64,000 bases of DNA. Source: Gammaproteobacteria bacterium (GTDB lineage Bacteria > Pseudomonadota > Gammaproteobacteria > JAKEHO01). The notes under the pieces are model-generated. The model had not been told where the DNA came from. It searched no databases and was given only the letters and a program-made list of their open reading frames with translations. Location of the stretch: NCBI GenBank assembly GCA_027296625.1, contig JAPUIX010000158.1:232-64231 (forward strand), written 5' to 3'. The translations under genes and the position numbers were made by a program. Positions 51,353 through 60,709 of the stretch are shown here, piece after piece (within the stretch, counting starts at the first letter, position 1; the number at the start of each line of letters is the position of its first letter).

Positions 51353-52405
51353 CTAATGCCTCGATTTCAAGGCAGCGCCAAGCATCTTCGCTGTGACATC
51401 AACGATAGGAATAACCCGCTCATAGGCCATCCGGGTTGGGCCTATAACCCCCAACACGCCAACCACTTGACCCTCCACCTCGTACGGCGACGTAACGACG
51501 CTACACTCATCAAGGACTTCGTAGCCGGATTCCTCTCCAATAAAAATTTGCAGGCCCGGAGCCTGGATCGCCTGATCTAATAAATGAAGAATGTCACGCT
51601 TTTGATTAAAGGCCTCGAACAGCTTCCTAAGCGTCTCAACGTTTGACAACTCGGCAAACTCCATCAGGTTCGTCTGACCTGCCAGGACATAATCATGCTT
51701 GCTATCGCTAGCTACCGAGGCTTTCTCCGCCATTGCGATGACCGCCTGCATCATCCGATTCACGTCGGCATGTACTTCTTGCATCTCCTTCACGATAGCA
51801 GCGCGAACAGACTTCAGATCCTTGCCGGCAAGTGACCGATTCACATAGTTGGCGGCCTCCTGCAACTCGGATGGCGAATAGCGGTGCGCCGTATGAATAA
51901 TACGATTCTGAACCTCGTGCTCATTGAGAACCAGAATAACGAGAACTTGATTTCCCGAAAGCCGCATAAACTCAACCTGGCTCAACGCATGCTGTTCAGC
52001 ACGTGGCAACATGACGACACCTGCCAGGTGGGTGATGTTAGACAGCATGGTTGAAGTCTTTTGCAACAGGCCATCCACGTCCTGCTCACTGTCGAGCTCA
52101 CTCGATATCTTATTAACCTCGCGCGCGTTCAACGCCTTTAATATCAACAGTGTGTCAACAAACAGGCGATACCCCTGCACCGTGGGCACACGTCCCGCGG
52201 ACGTGTGCGGGGAACGAACCAGTCCCAATGCTTCCAGGTCTGCCATGACGTTGCGCACTGTCGCAGGACTGACATCGAGCCCCGCATCGCGCGCCAGCGT
52301 TCGGGAACCAACTGGTTGGCCATCGATAATAAAATGCTCCACCAGCGCCTTAAACAACTGCAAAGCACGGTCATTCAATACAGAGTCTTTTTTTGCGCGA
52401 GCCAT
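51353..52405 (-). CDS. hrcA: heat-inducible transcription repressor HrcA
   Basis: 350 aa with a winged-HTH N-terminus and the HrcA C-terminal domain. Confidence 0.9.
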   Translation of the reverse strand: MARAKKDSVLNDRALQLFKALVEHFIIDGQPVGSRTLARDAGLDVSPATVRNVMADLEALGLVRSPHTSAGRVPTVQGYRLFVDTLLILKALNAREVNKISSELDSEQDVDGLLQKTSTMLSNITHLAGVVMLPRAEQHALSQVEFMRLSGNQVLVILVLNEHEVQNRIIHTAHRYSPSELQEAANYVNRSLAGKDLKSVRAAIVKEMQEVHADVNRMMQAVIAMAEKASVASDSKHDYVLAGQTNLMEFAELSNVETLRKLFEAFNQKRDILHLLDQAIQAPGLQIFIGEESGYEVLDECSVVTSPYEVEGQVVGVLGVIGPTRMAYERVIPIVDVTAKMLGAALKSRH

Positions 52406-52446
52406 AGGTGGGTTTCAACATGTTTCAATTTGATGGGGGTAAAAAT

Positions 52447-52473
52447 TTAGCACTCTAGGCATGAGAGTGCAAA
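52447..52473 (-). promoter_or_regulatory. CIRCE operator (HrcA binding site) upstream of hrcA
   Basis: TTAGCACTC-TAGGCATGA-GAGTGCAAA against the consensus TTAGCACTC-N9-GAGTGCTAA. It lies 42 nt upstream of the hrcA start. Confidence 0.65.
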
Positions 52474-52500
52474 AAGACGTGTTGGCGGCAATCACCGGAC

Positions 52501-53415
52501 ATGCTAAGTTTGCGTGACCATCAAGGGAGCAACCAGGTGCAGAAGTTCAAGCGTATCGGGGTGATCGCTAAGGGCGGGGCCACTGAGATCGGGGATACAT
52601 TGAGTTCCCTCAGCGACTACCTGAAGAGCCGAGGGATCCGGATTGTCACCGATTCGAACTGTGCTGATCTGCTCCCGGATGTCGGTGTTGAAATCGTGGA
52701 TCGCGATGACGTGGGTGGTAGATGCGACCTCGCCATCGCCATCGGCGGAGATGGAACTATGCTCAATGCCGCTCGCCTGCTTTCTAATCACGACGTCCCG
52801 TTGCTGGGCATCAACATTGGCCGGCTGGGCTTCCTTGCTGACGTTTCACCCGATGCGATCAAGGAAACACTTGACCGCATTCTTGACGGCGAATTCGTAG
52901 AGGACAGGCGATTTCTGCTGCAAAGTCGGGTCCTTCGCGGAGGTCAATCTGTCATGGAAAGCGACGCGTTGAATGATGTCGTTATTCACAAACGCAATGT
53001 TGCCCGGCTGGTCGAGTTTGAAACCTATATTAATGATACCTTCGTTCATAGCCAGCGCTCCGATGGCATGATCGTTTCCACACCGACCGGCTCAACCGCG
53101 TATGCCCTATCGGGCGGAGGACCTTTATTACATCCCGACCTCGATGCGATAGTGCTGGTGCCGATTTGCCCGCACGCCCTCAGCAATCGCCCCATCGTCA
53201 TTGATGGCGAGAGCCGTATCGAGATTGTTGTGGGCAGCCGAGAAGTCGACCATGCAAGGCTCACCTGTGACGGTGAAATGGCTCATGAGCTCCTACCCGG
53301 TGACCACATCCTGATTCAAAAAAAAGCAAAGCCGATCAGACTGATCCATCCAGCCGGACACGATCATTACGCCATCCTGCGCGCGAAGCTCCAATGGGGC
53401 CGGGAACTATGTTAA
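52501..53415 (+). CDS. nadK: NAD kinase
   Basis: 304 aa with the GGDGT motif and NDVV..motifs. It overlaps the recN start by 22 nt. Confidence 0.85.
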   Translation: MLSLRDHQGSNQVQKFKRIGVIAKGGATEIGDTLSSLSDYLKSRGIRIVTDSNCADLLPDVGVEIVDRDDVGGRCDLAIAIGGDGTMLNAARLLSNHDVPLLGINIGRLGFLADVSPDAIKETLDRILDGEFVEDRRFLLQSRVLRGGQSVMESDALNDVVIHKRNVARLVEFETYINDTFVHSQRSDGMIVSTPTGSTAYALSGGGPLLHPDLDAIVLVPICPHALSNRPIVIDGESRIEIVVGSREVDHARLTCDGEMAHELLPGDHILIQKKAKPIRLIHPAGHDHYAILRAKLQWGRELC

Positions 53416-55085
53416 GACAGTTCCACATTCGTGATTTTGCCGTCATTGAGCAACTGGAACTAGGACTTGAACACGGTTTGACGGTGTTTACCGGCGAGAC
53501 GGGGGCTGGGAAATCGATCCTCGTGGATGCCCTTGGTTTGGTGCTGGGGGATCGGGCCGATAGCACCGTCGTACGTAGCGGCTCTCTGCGTGCCGAAATC
53601 ACGGCTGTTTTTGGAATCGACGGCTATACGGATGTCTGCAAATTGCTCCAGGAACATGGTCTTGAAGGTGAGAACAATGAATGTATCGTCCGACGGCTCA
53701 TTGGCAATGACGGACGCTCGCGCGCATTCATCAACGGTAGCCCAACACCTGTACAACTACTACGGGAACTCGGCATCCGGCTGGTGGACATACACGGACA
53801 GCTGGACCATCAGTCCCTTACCAGACGCGACGTCCAGCGGGCGATACTGGACGACTTTGCAAAACACGGCGAACAGGTGGAAAAGGTTGCCAACGCGTAT
53901 GGCGAGTGGCGGGAGGCCCGAGATGCGCTCGCAGCACTTCAAGGTTCTGACCGAGACCGTGGTGCGCAGGTCGCACTCTTGCGCTACCAGATCCAGGAGT
54001 TGGATGCATTGCGGCTCGATCCATCCGAACTCAAAGCCCTTGAAGAGGAACACGCACGACTTGCCAACCTCGGCCGCATCCTGGAGGGATGTCAGGCTGC
54101 ACTCAGCGCCACTGCTGAGGCCGACGGGTCGGCAGTTAGCAGATTACAGAGAGCAGCCAAGCAGCTAAGCGAGCTACAGACATTCGACGAGGCCTTGAGG
54201 CCGACCACCGAGCTACTCGAGAGTGCCGCTATTCAGGTGGACGAGGCAGCCATGGCGCTTAGGCACTACCTGGACAAACTTGAAATGGACCCGAACCGCC
54301 TCAGATGGGTGGAAGACCGACTCAGCGCACTCCTCGACATGGCGCGAAAGCATCAAATCCCCGCCGAACAACTTTCAGGTCAGCTTTCAAAGCTGAAGGC
54401 TGAACTCCAGTCACTCGAACGTAGTGAAGAACGCTTCGAGGAACTCAAGGCCCAACAGGAAGAATGCCGCGGACGCTATTTCCGGGAGGCAAAGGCACTA
54501 CACGAGAGCCGAAGGCGAGCGGCGGATCAGCTGGCGGGGACGATCGGCAAGAATATACAAAAGCTTGGCATGCCGGGCGGACAGTTCACCGTCGAGGTGC
54601 GCACCACCCAGCGCCAGGATCCCACGCCCAATGGCATCGATCATGTGGAATATTTCGTCACCACTAATCCCGGACAAGCATTACGTCCATTAAGCAAGGT
54701 CGCCTCTGGTGGAGAACTCTCGCGAATAAGCCTCGCAATTCAGGTTATCAGCGCCAAGGGACGGGGGGTGCCGACCCTCGTCTTTGATGAAATTGACGCC
54801 GGCATCGGTGGCCGGGTGGCGGAGATCGTTGGGCAACAATTGCGGACACTAACGGATGACCGACAGGTTCTGTGCGTTACCCACCTGCCCCAGGTGGCAT
54901 CACAGAGTCACCATCACGTTCGGGTTACAAAGCTAGCGCGAGGCAACCAGACACGCACCGAGATTACTGTCCTCAATGGCTATGAACGCGTTAAGGAGAT
55001 TGCACGCATGCTCGGTGGAATCAAAATCACCGAGCAGACCATCGAGCACGCACGCGAAATGCTGGAACATGGGATGAACGCTTGA
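53394..55085 (+). CDS. recN: DNA repair protein RecN
   Basis: 563 aa, SMC-like, with an N-terminal Walker A (GETGAGKS), a coiled coil and a C-terminal signature/Walker B. Confidence 0.9.
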   Translation: MGPGTMLRQFHIRDFAVIEQLELGLEHGLTVFTGETGAGKSILVDALGLVLGDRADSTVVRSGSLRAEITAVFGIDGYTDVCKLLQEHGLEGENNECIVRRLIGNDGRSRAFINGSPTPVQLLRELGIRLVDIHGQLDHQSLTRRDVQRAILDDFAKHGEQVEKVANAYGEWREARDALAALQGSDRDRGAQVALLRYQIQELDALRLDPSELKALEEEHARLANLGRILEGCQAALSATAEADGSAVSRLQRAAKQLSELQTFDEALRPTTELLESAAIQVDEAAMALRHYLDKLEMDPNRLRWVEDRLSALLDMARKHQIPAEQLSGQLSKLKAELQSLERSEERFEELKAQQEECRGRYFREAKALHESRRRAADQLAGTIGKNIQKLGMPGGQFTVEVRTTQRQDPTPNGIDHVEYFVTTNPGQALRPLSKVASGGELSRISLAIQVISAKGRGVPTLVFDEIDAGIGGRVAEIVGQQLRTLTDDRQVLCVTHLPQVASQSHHHVRVTKLARGNQTRTEITVLNGYERVKEIARMLGGIKITEQTIEHAREMLEHGMNA

Positions 55086-55129
55086 TCAAGGTCGACACGG
55101 CAGAGTCGTCTGCAAAAGCAATCTTGCGG

Positions 55130-55549
55130 CTATTGTTTTGAACAACTCGGGTCTTTGCACCGACCATAAAGGATTAAGGAATGGTCTTCGATATCAAATC
55201 CATTCTGCTCCGCCATAACCCGTTGCCGCTCCTCGATGATATCATCGACAAATTCAACTATTTTTCCGCACTGTATGCACATGATGTGATCGTGGTGGGG
55301 GCCCTGTTTCAACTCAAAGACCGAATGGCCGCCTTCGAAATGATGACGCGTTACTAGACTAGCGGCTTCGAACTGCGTCAAGACCCGATAGATTGTGGCT
55401 AGACCCACATCCTCGCCTGCTTCCATCAAGGCCTTATAAACATCCTCCGCGCTCATGTGACGCTGCTTACTGGTTTCCAGCATCTGTAGTATACGGATGC
55501 GTGGCAGCGTTGCTTTCAGGCCGGCTTTCTTAAGATCCTGAGTCTCCAT
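55130..55549 (-). CDS. fur: ferric uptake regulator Fur. The ORF is called to 55570, but the start was moved to METQDLKKAGLK.
   Basis: Colinear with E. coli Fur, including the metal sites (HHDH, CxxC). Confidence 0.9.
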   Translation of the reverse strand: METQDLKKAGLKATLPRIRILQMLETSKQRHMSAEDVYKALMEAGEDVGLATIYRVLTQFEAASLVTRHHFEGGHSVFELKQGPHHDHIMCIQCGKIVEFVDDIIEERQRVMAEQNGFDIEDHSLILYGRCKDPSCSKQ

Positions 55550-55729
55550 TGCACTTTTCGCAAGCGTCACAAGGAAGGTGTAAACCGGGCGAGGTCAATA
55601 AGTGGATAAACTGAAACGATTCCGGCAACAGTATACTCGAACAACGGGGTCTTGTCGCCGGCCCTTCGTCCATGCTTTCCGGCGAACGTTGAGATAGAAT
55701 TTAAAGTCATATTGAGAGCCCGGGCTTCC

Positions 55730-56335
55730 ATGCGTATCCAGTCACTTACCTTAGTCATCGTTGCGGCACTGATTTTATCTTCAGGTTGTTCCCATGAGCC
55801 TAAATGGCGCACTAAAATTCCCTTTGTCTACAAGGTCGACGTCCAGCAGGGTAACGTCGTTACCCAAGATATGCTGGCCAGATTGCAGCCCGGCATGGAC
55901 AAAAGCCAAGTTAGCTTCATTATGGGCACACCATTGCTTATCGATGTATTCCACAATGATCGCTGGGACTACTATTACAGCTACCAGAAAGGTGGTAAGA
56001 GGCGCGAGCAAAGACGCGTCACACTGATTTTTGAAGATGACAAACTCATTGCCGTCGAAGGGGATGTGAAAGTCGCATTGGAACCACTGAAACCAGCCGA
56101 GCCTACCGAGACCACGGTCGTCGTTCCGCTGGAGCGAAGTAAAACGGGCCTGTTTAGTGGCCTGCTGCATACGTTTGGATTGGGGGAAGAAGGCCCGCCC
56201 CCGACGCAAGCTGAGCGCGAGGCCATGGAAGCAGAACTGAGCGAGCACGACAAAGAACTACTTAAGCAAGAACAAATAGACGCGGAAGAATCGGACCCAT
56301 CGGCGCCAGTGATCCCCGGAGCCGAAGGTTTATAG
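55730..56335 (+). CDS. bamE: outer-membrane protein assembly factor BamE (OmlA/SmpA) with an extended acidic C-terminus. The ORF is called from 55652.
   Basis: It has a lipoprotein signal with the lipobox LSSGC and a SmpA/OmlA core. The fur-omlA divergent synteny is conserved. Confidence 0.75.
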   Translation: MRIQSLTLVIVAALILSSGCSHEPKWRTKIPFVYKVDVQQGNVVTQDMLARLQPGMDKSQVSFIMGTPLLIDVFHNDRWDYYYSYQKGGKRREQRRVTLIFEDDKLIAVEGDVKVALEPLKPAEPTETTVVVPLERSKTGLFSGLLHTFGLGEEGPPPTQAEREAMEAELSEHDKELLKQEQIDAEESDPSAPVIPGAEGL

Positions 56336-56398
56336 TCTCGCGTTAGGCAAGCCGTAGTCCACGATGCACAGGTGACTTAACAAAGAAACAGGAATAGC

Positions 56399-57511
56399 AT
56401 GACAACCAGCATGGGGGCCCCTGATAAACGTCTGCTCGCCTACCTCGCGCTCTTGCCCTGGCTTGTCCTGTCAGCCTGCGCCATCGGGCCATCACGCATT
56501 CCATCCGACCGGTTCAACTACAACGAGGCGATCGCGCGCTCGTCCAATGAGCAAATGTTGCTGAATCTCGTTCGCCTGCGCTACCGCGACACGCCCATCT
56601 TTCTCGCTGTCGCTTCCGTACTTCAGCAGTATGTTGTTACGGGCGCCGTGGCCGTGAGTGGCGGAACCGGTAACTTAAACGGCTTTCCCGCGGACTCTAT
56701 CGGCGGCAGTGCCAATCTGCGCTATATTGAGCGACCGACCATTACTTATGCACCCCTCACCGGGGATAAATTCGCTCAGCAGCTGCTGACCCCAATACCC
56801 TCCGAGCTGCTATTTTCTCTCGTGCAGTCCGGCTGGCCCCCCGACCTGCTGATCGTGATGGGCGTCCAGCGCATTAATCACGTGGAGAATGTGCCATTTT
56901 TCCTGGAGTCATTGCCGGAGGATCGTGAGCGCGAGCGCAGCTTTCGACATGTCGTGCAACTCTTTATAGAACTCGCGCAGCGCGGGGCTATGGAGCTGCA
57001 GCAGGGGACGTCCGAACACCCGAATACGCCGGCCCCACGCTACCTCGTATTCGAGGAGAACCCCGACCCCGGGACCCAGGCCCTCATCGATGAGTTAAAG
57101 GAATCACTGCACCTCGATCAAGGGCGCTCCAGGTTCCTGGTTACAAACCACCTGCTTGGACGCAACCCCGACGAAATCACAATACGGTTACGCTCGGTCC
57201 TTGCCCTCATGGGCTTCCTCTCGCGAGGCGTCGAGATCCCGGCAGCGCATATTGAAGAAGGTCGTGCCACAGCGAATGAACAGCTCGGCGAGACAGAGAG
57301 TCCCTCGCTACTGGTTCCGCTGCGGATCCACTCAAGTACCGAGCGGCCCGCGGACTCCTTCACTGCGGTCCAGTATCAGGGTTACTGGTTCTCCATCGCC
57401 CACTCGGACCTAACCAGCAAGGAGGCATTCACGCTGGTGACCTATCTCTTCCAGATGCAGGCGCCCCACGCACCAACGCTGGGGCCGCTGTTGACCGTCC
57501 CGACGGGCTAA
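56399..57511 (+). CDS. hypothetical lipoprotein of unknown function
   Basis: 370 aa with a signal peptide and the lipobox LSAC. No recognisable catalytic motif. Confidence 0.5.
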   Translation: MTTSMGAPDKRLLAYLALLPWLVLSACAIGPSRIPSDRFNYNEAIARSSNEQMLLNLVRLRYRDTPIFLAVASVLQQYVVTGAVAVSGGTGNLNGFPADSIGGSANLRYIERPTITYAPLTGDKFAQQLLTPIPSELLFSLVQSGWPPDLLIVMGVQRINHVENVPFFLESLPEDRERERSFRHVVQLFIELAQRGAMELQQGTSEHPNTPAPRYLVFEENPDPGTQALIDELKESLHLDQGRSRFLVTNHLLGRNPDEITIRLRSVLALMGFLSRGVEIPAAHIEEGRATANEQLGETESPSLLVPLRIHSSTERPADSFTAVQYQGYWFSIAHSDLTSKEAFTLVTYLFQMQAPHAPTLGPLLTVPTG

Positions 57512-57819
57512 GGCTTATTTGGAGCCCTTTTTTTCGCCTCTGCCGCGCGGCGCCTGCGCGCTTCCTTGGGATCGGCGATCAAGGGTCGGTAGATTTCCAC
57601 GCGATCACCTTGCTTTAACACATAATCCGGCTCCCTGACCTTGCCGAACACGCCCACTTTATTCTTAAGCAAGTTGATGTCGGGATAACGCTTCAACATG
57701 CCGGAGAGCATGATGGCTTCGCCTAAGGTGGTGCCGAGGGGGACATGCAAGGGCAATATGATCTGTTCAGCGGCAAGCGCGTAGGCGACTTCCACTTGTA
57801 TGTTTTTAACGTTCCCCAT
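57508..57819 (-). CDS. ratB: RnfH-family ubiquitin-like protein (RatB/YfjF-like)
   Basis: 103 aa. It overlaps ratA by 14 nt, and the conserved pair lies next to smpB. Confidence 0.7.
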   Translation of the reverse strand: MGNVKNIQVEVAYALAAEQIILPLHVPLGTTLGEAIMLSGMLKRYPDINLLKNKVGVFGKVREPDYVLKQGDRVEIYRPLIADPKEARRRRAAEAKKRAPNKP

Positions 57820-58297
57820 ACAGATCGACAGCGCGTTGCTGAAATGCGCGTATCAGCGAGTTCAAGATTCGGATAAAGATCGGACCAAAGGCGACACTGA
57901 TGATCCGGTTCGCGAATTCGAAATCCATTTCAAGCGAAACCTCACATCTGCGCGCATCTAACGGGTCGAAACGCCAACTCCCGGTCAAGTGTTTGAACGG
58001 GCCTTCGATCAGGTGCATCTCAATGGACCGGCCGCGCTTCAAAGTATTGGCCGTAGTAAATGACTGCTTAATCTTGCCCTCGGCGAGCACGATACGGGCA
58101 CTTAAGGTGTTTTCATTCCGGGACACTATGTCCGCAGCGGTGCACCAGGGAAGGAACTGGGGGTACGCCTCGACATCGTTGACGAGGTCATACATCTCCT
58201 CGGCACTGTAGCGCACCTGCGTTGTTGATCTGAAGTGTCGCAACGAATAGATGTTTTTACGTGGGATCGAGTACCCCAAGCACATGCAAAAAGACAA
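57806..58297 (-). CDS. ratA: SRPBCC-family ubiquinone-binding / ribosome-association protein (RatA/Coq10-like). The N-terminus is probably shorter than called.
   Basis: It aligns with E. coli RatA from YSAEEMYDLVNDVEAYPQFLPWC. Confidence 0.7.
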   Translation of the reverse strand: MSFCMCLGYSIPRKNIYSLRHFRSTTQVRYSAEEMYDLVNDVEAYPQFLPWCTAADIVSRNENTLSARIVLAEGKIKQSFTTANTLKRGRSIEMHLIEGPFKHLTGSWRFDPLDARRCEVSLEMDFEFANRIISVAFGPIFIRILNSLIRAFQQRAVDLYGER

Positions 58298-59627
58298 GTA
58301 TCAGGCCGACCGGTGTAATGTAGCGCACCAGGATACGCCAGGTTTGGTAGGCAAAACCCTGTCCAAGCCCGAGCTCGTTCACACTGGCCGCACGGGACAG
58401 CCGCCAGCCTGCGAATAGGGCGATCAAAAAGCCCCCTACAGGCAGCATGATGTTGGCCGTGACATACTCCAGGAGTCCGAAAAAGGTCTTACCGAAGAGC
58501 GTGGCGTCTGACCAGATGTTGAGGGAAAAGAGCGCGCCAAGCCCAAGAATCCACACGACCCCACACGCCAGAATGCTCGCATGCACCCGCGTCATGCTCC
58601 GGTTCTCCACCAGCCAGGCCACAACCGGCTCAAGTAACGAGATCGCGGATGTCCAGGCGGCTACCATCAACAGGAGAAAAAACAGGCAGCCAAAAAATGC
58701 GCCCCCTGGCATATGCCCAAAGGCGAGGGGCAGTGTCTTGAAGATCAAGCCCGATCCCTCCTGCGGTTGTAGTCCGTAGGCAAAGACGATCGGGAAAATG
58801 GCGAGCCCGGCGAGTATTGCGACCAGAGTATCTGCGAAGGCAACGATGATAGCCATTCTCGGGATCGATTCCGTGTGGGAAAGATAGGATCCGTAAATCA
58901 TGATGGCACCCATGCCGAGGCTCAAGCTGAAAAACGCCTGCCCCATGGCACTCATGACACCGCCCGCACTGAGGCTGCTGAAATCGGGCTTAAAGAGATA
59001 ACGAACAGCCTCCTGGAAGCTCCCGGTCCCCATAGCGTATCCGACCAATACCAATAACAGGAGAAATAATGCCGGCATCAACCATCGCACGGCCTTTTCC
59101 AATCCACTCTTCACGCCCCGGGCAACCACCATCGTGGTCATGGCCATGAAGATCGTGTGCCACGCAAGTAAACGTTCCGGATCGGAAACGAGATCGGAAA
59201 ACACGGTGCTCACATTCTCCGCTGTCATCCCTGAAAAAATCCCGGCACCCGAACGAAACACATAGGCCAGTGTCCATCCAGCAACGACACTATAGAACGA
59301 CAGGATCAGAAAACCAGCGAGCATTCCAAGCCAGCCAATCACCTGCCAATATCGGCTGAGCCCCTCGTCATGTGCCAAGGCGAGCATCGTATTGATCGGG
59401 CTCATTCTGCCCCGACGGCCCAACATGATCTCCGCAATCATGACGGGGATACCGATGACTGCAACGCAGAACAAATAAATCAAAACAAACGCGCCGCCGC
59501 CGTTTTCACCGGTGAGATAAGGGAAACGCCAGATGTTACCGAGTCCGACAGCAGATCCGGTCGCAGCCAGGATAAATGCCCAGCGCGAGGACCACTCCCC
59601 ATGAATGGATTTCCGTTTTCGTGCCAT
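58257..59627 (-). CDS. sodium-dependent transporter, SNF/NSS family. The ORF is called to 59690.
   Basis: It carries the NSS signature GLGNIWRFPY with about 12 TM segments. The start was moved to MARKRKS, just before the first TM. Confidence 0.8.
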   Translation of the reverse strand: MARKRKSIHGEWSSRWAFILAATGSAVGLGNIWRFPYLTGENGGGAFVLIYLFCVAVIGIPVMIAEIMLGRRGRMSPINTMLALAHDEGLSRYWQVIGWLGMLAGFLILSFYSVVAGWTLAYVFRSGAGIFSGMTAENVSTVFSDLVSDPERLLAWHTIFMAMTTMVVARGVKSGLEKAVRWLMPALFLLLLVLVGYAMGTGSFQEAVRYLFKPDFSSLSAGGVMSAMGQAFFSLSLGMGAIMIYGSYLSHTESIPRMAIIVAFADTLVAILAGLAIFPIVFAYGLQPQEGSGLIFKTLPLAFGHMPGGAFFGCLFFLLLMVAAWTSAISLLEPVVAWLVENRSMTRVHASILACGVVWILGLGALFSLNIWSDATLFGKTFFGLLEYVTANIMLPVGGFLIALFAGWRLSRAASVNELGLGQGFAYQTWRILVRYITPVGLILVFLHVLGVLDPT

Positions 59628-59794
59628 CTTTTCTGGCCCGTACAAAAAACCTGCGCAATTGTGAGGGAAATTGCATGCACACTCAACCAACGCAGTAAAT
59701 CAGAACTGGTATAATCGACAAGCTTTGAAGGGCACGATCATCTGGCCCATATTTCAACCACGACTTTTCACCCCCCACTTGCAAATACTTCATA

Positions 59795-60271
59795 ATGTCG
59801 GAAAAGAAAAAAGAAAAGCGTGGCACGAGCACCATCGCATTAAACAAAAAGGCACGGCACGATTATTTTATCGAGGATCGCTTTGAAGCCGGGCTTGCAC
59901 TGGAGGGATGGGAAGTCAAGGCGCTCCGAGCAGGACGCGTGCAATTACGTGATGGCTACGTTCTGCTGAAGGACGGTGAGGCTTGGCTGATCGGCGCACT
60001 GATTACGCCGCTACCCAGCGCCGCAACCCATACGCATCCCGATCCCCGGCGTACCCGAAAGCTGCTACTGCAGCGCAAAGAGATCGCAAGACTGATCGGT
60101 GCGGTAGACCGCAAAGGCTACACCGTTGTGCCGACCGCCATGTATTGGAAAGGTGGCCGGGCAAAGCTCGAGATTGGGCTCGCGAAAGGGAAAAAAGCCT
60201 ACGACAAACGCGCCGCCATTAAGGAGCGGGAATGGGAGCGCCAGAAGCAACGGCTCCTCAAATACTCATAG
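59795..60271 (+). CDS. smpB: SsrA-binding protein SmpB
   Basis: 158 aa, canonical SmpB. tmRNA lies immediately downstream. Confidence 0.9.
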   Translation: MSEKKKEKRGTSTIALNKKARHDYFIEDRFEAGLALEGWEVKALRAGRVQLRDGYVLLKDGEAWLIGALITPLPSAATHTHPDPRRTRKLLLQRKEIARLIGAVDRKGYTVVPTAMYWKGGRAKLEIGLAKGKKAYDKRAAIKEREWERQKQRLLKYS

Positions 60272-60356
60272 CGTGAGTTCCCGAGACACAGGACCGTGGC
60301 TCAAAAAATCCCGGTAGCTCAGCAACTTATCATCATTTATACTATCTTATATGCAA

Positions 60357-60709
60357 GGGGGCGACTGGCTTCGACGTGGGTCACGAAACCCAAGGTGCAT
60401 GCCGAGGAGCAGACTACCTCGTTAATCCATCTGCAAACTTGATAGTTGCCAACGAAGACAACTACGCTCTAGCTGCTTAACCCAGCTAGCCTCTGACTGA
60501 GTCCGTGCTTGTGCGCTCAACTCGGGGGACGATTCTCGCAAGCTCGCGATGAAGCCGGCCCGAGGCAGATTCGTTAAAACCTTCCGGGATCGCCGTCTGT
60601 CTTTCCTGCCGCTCGGGTAGCAGGCGGTTAAATTAAAGAGCCGGCTAAGCATGTAGTGCCGAAGGCGTAGTACTTGCGGACGCGGGTTCGATTCCCGCCG
60701 CCTCCACCA
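60357..60709 (+). ncRNA. ssrA: transfer-messenger RNA (tmRNA, SsrA). The tag ORF is 60448-60480 and encodes ANEDNYALAA.
   Basis: The 5' end GGGGGCGACUGGCUUCGACG...AAACCCAAGGUGCAUGCCGAGG and the 3' end GGACGCGGGUUCGAUUCCCGCCGCCUCCACCA are colinear with E. coli tmRNA. The resume codon GCC and the tag ending YALAA-stop are present. Confidence 0.92.

Noticed and set aside
55571-55730. Fur box in the fur / bamE divergent region
   Set aside because: It has only weak AT-rich similarity (GATAGAATTTAAAGTCAT) to the GATAATGATAATCATTATC consensus, which is insufficient for a call.
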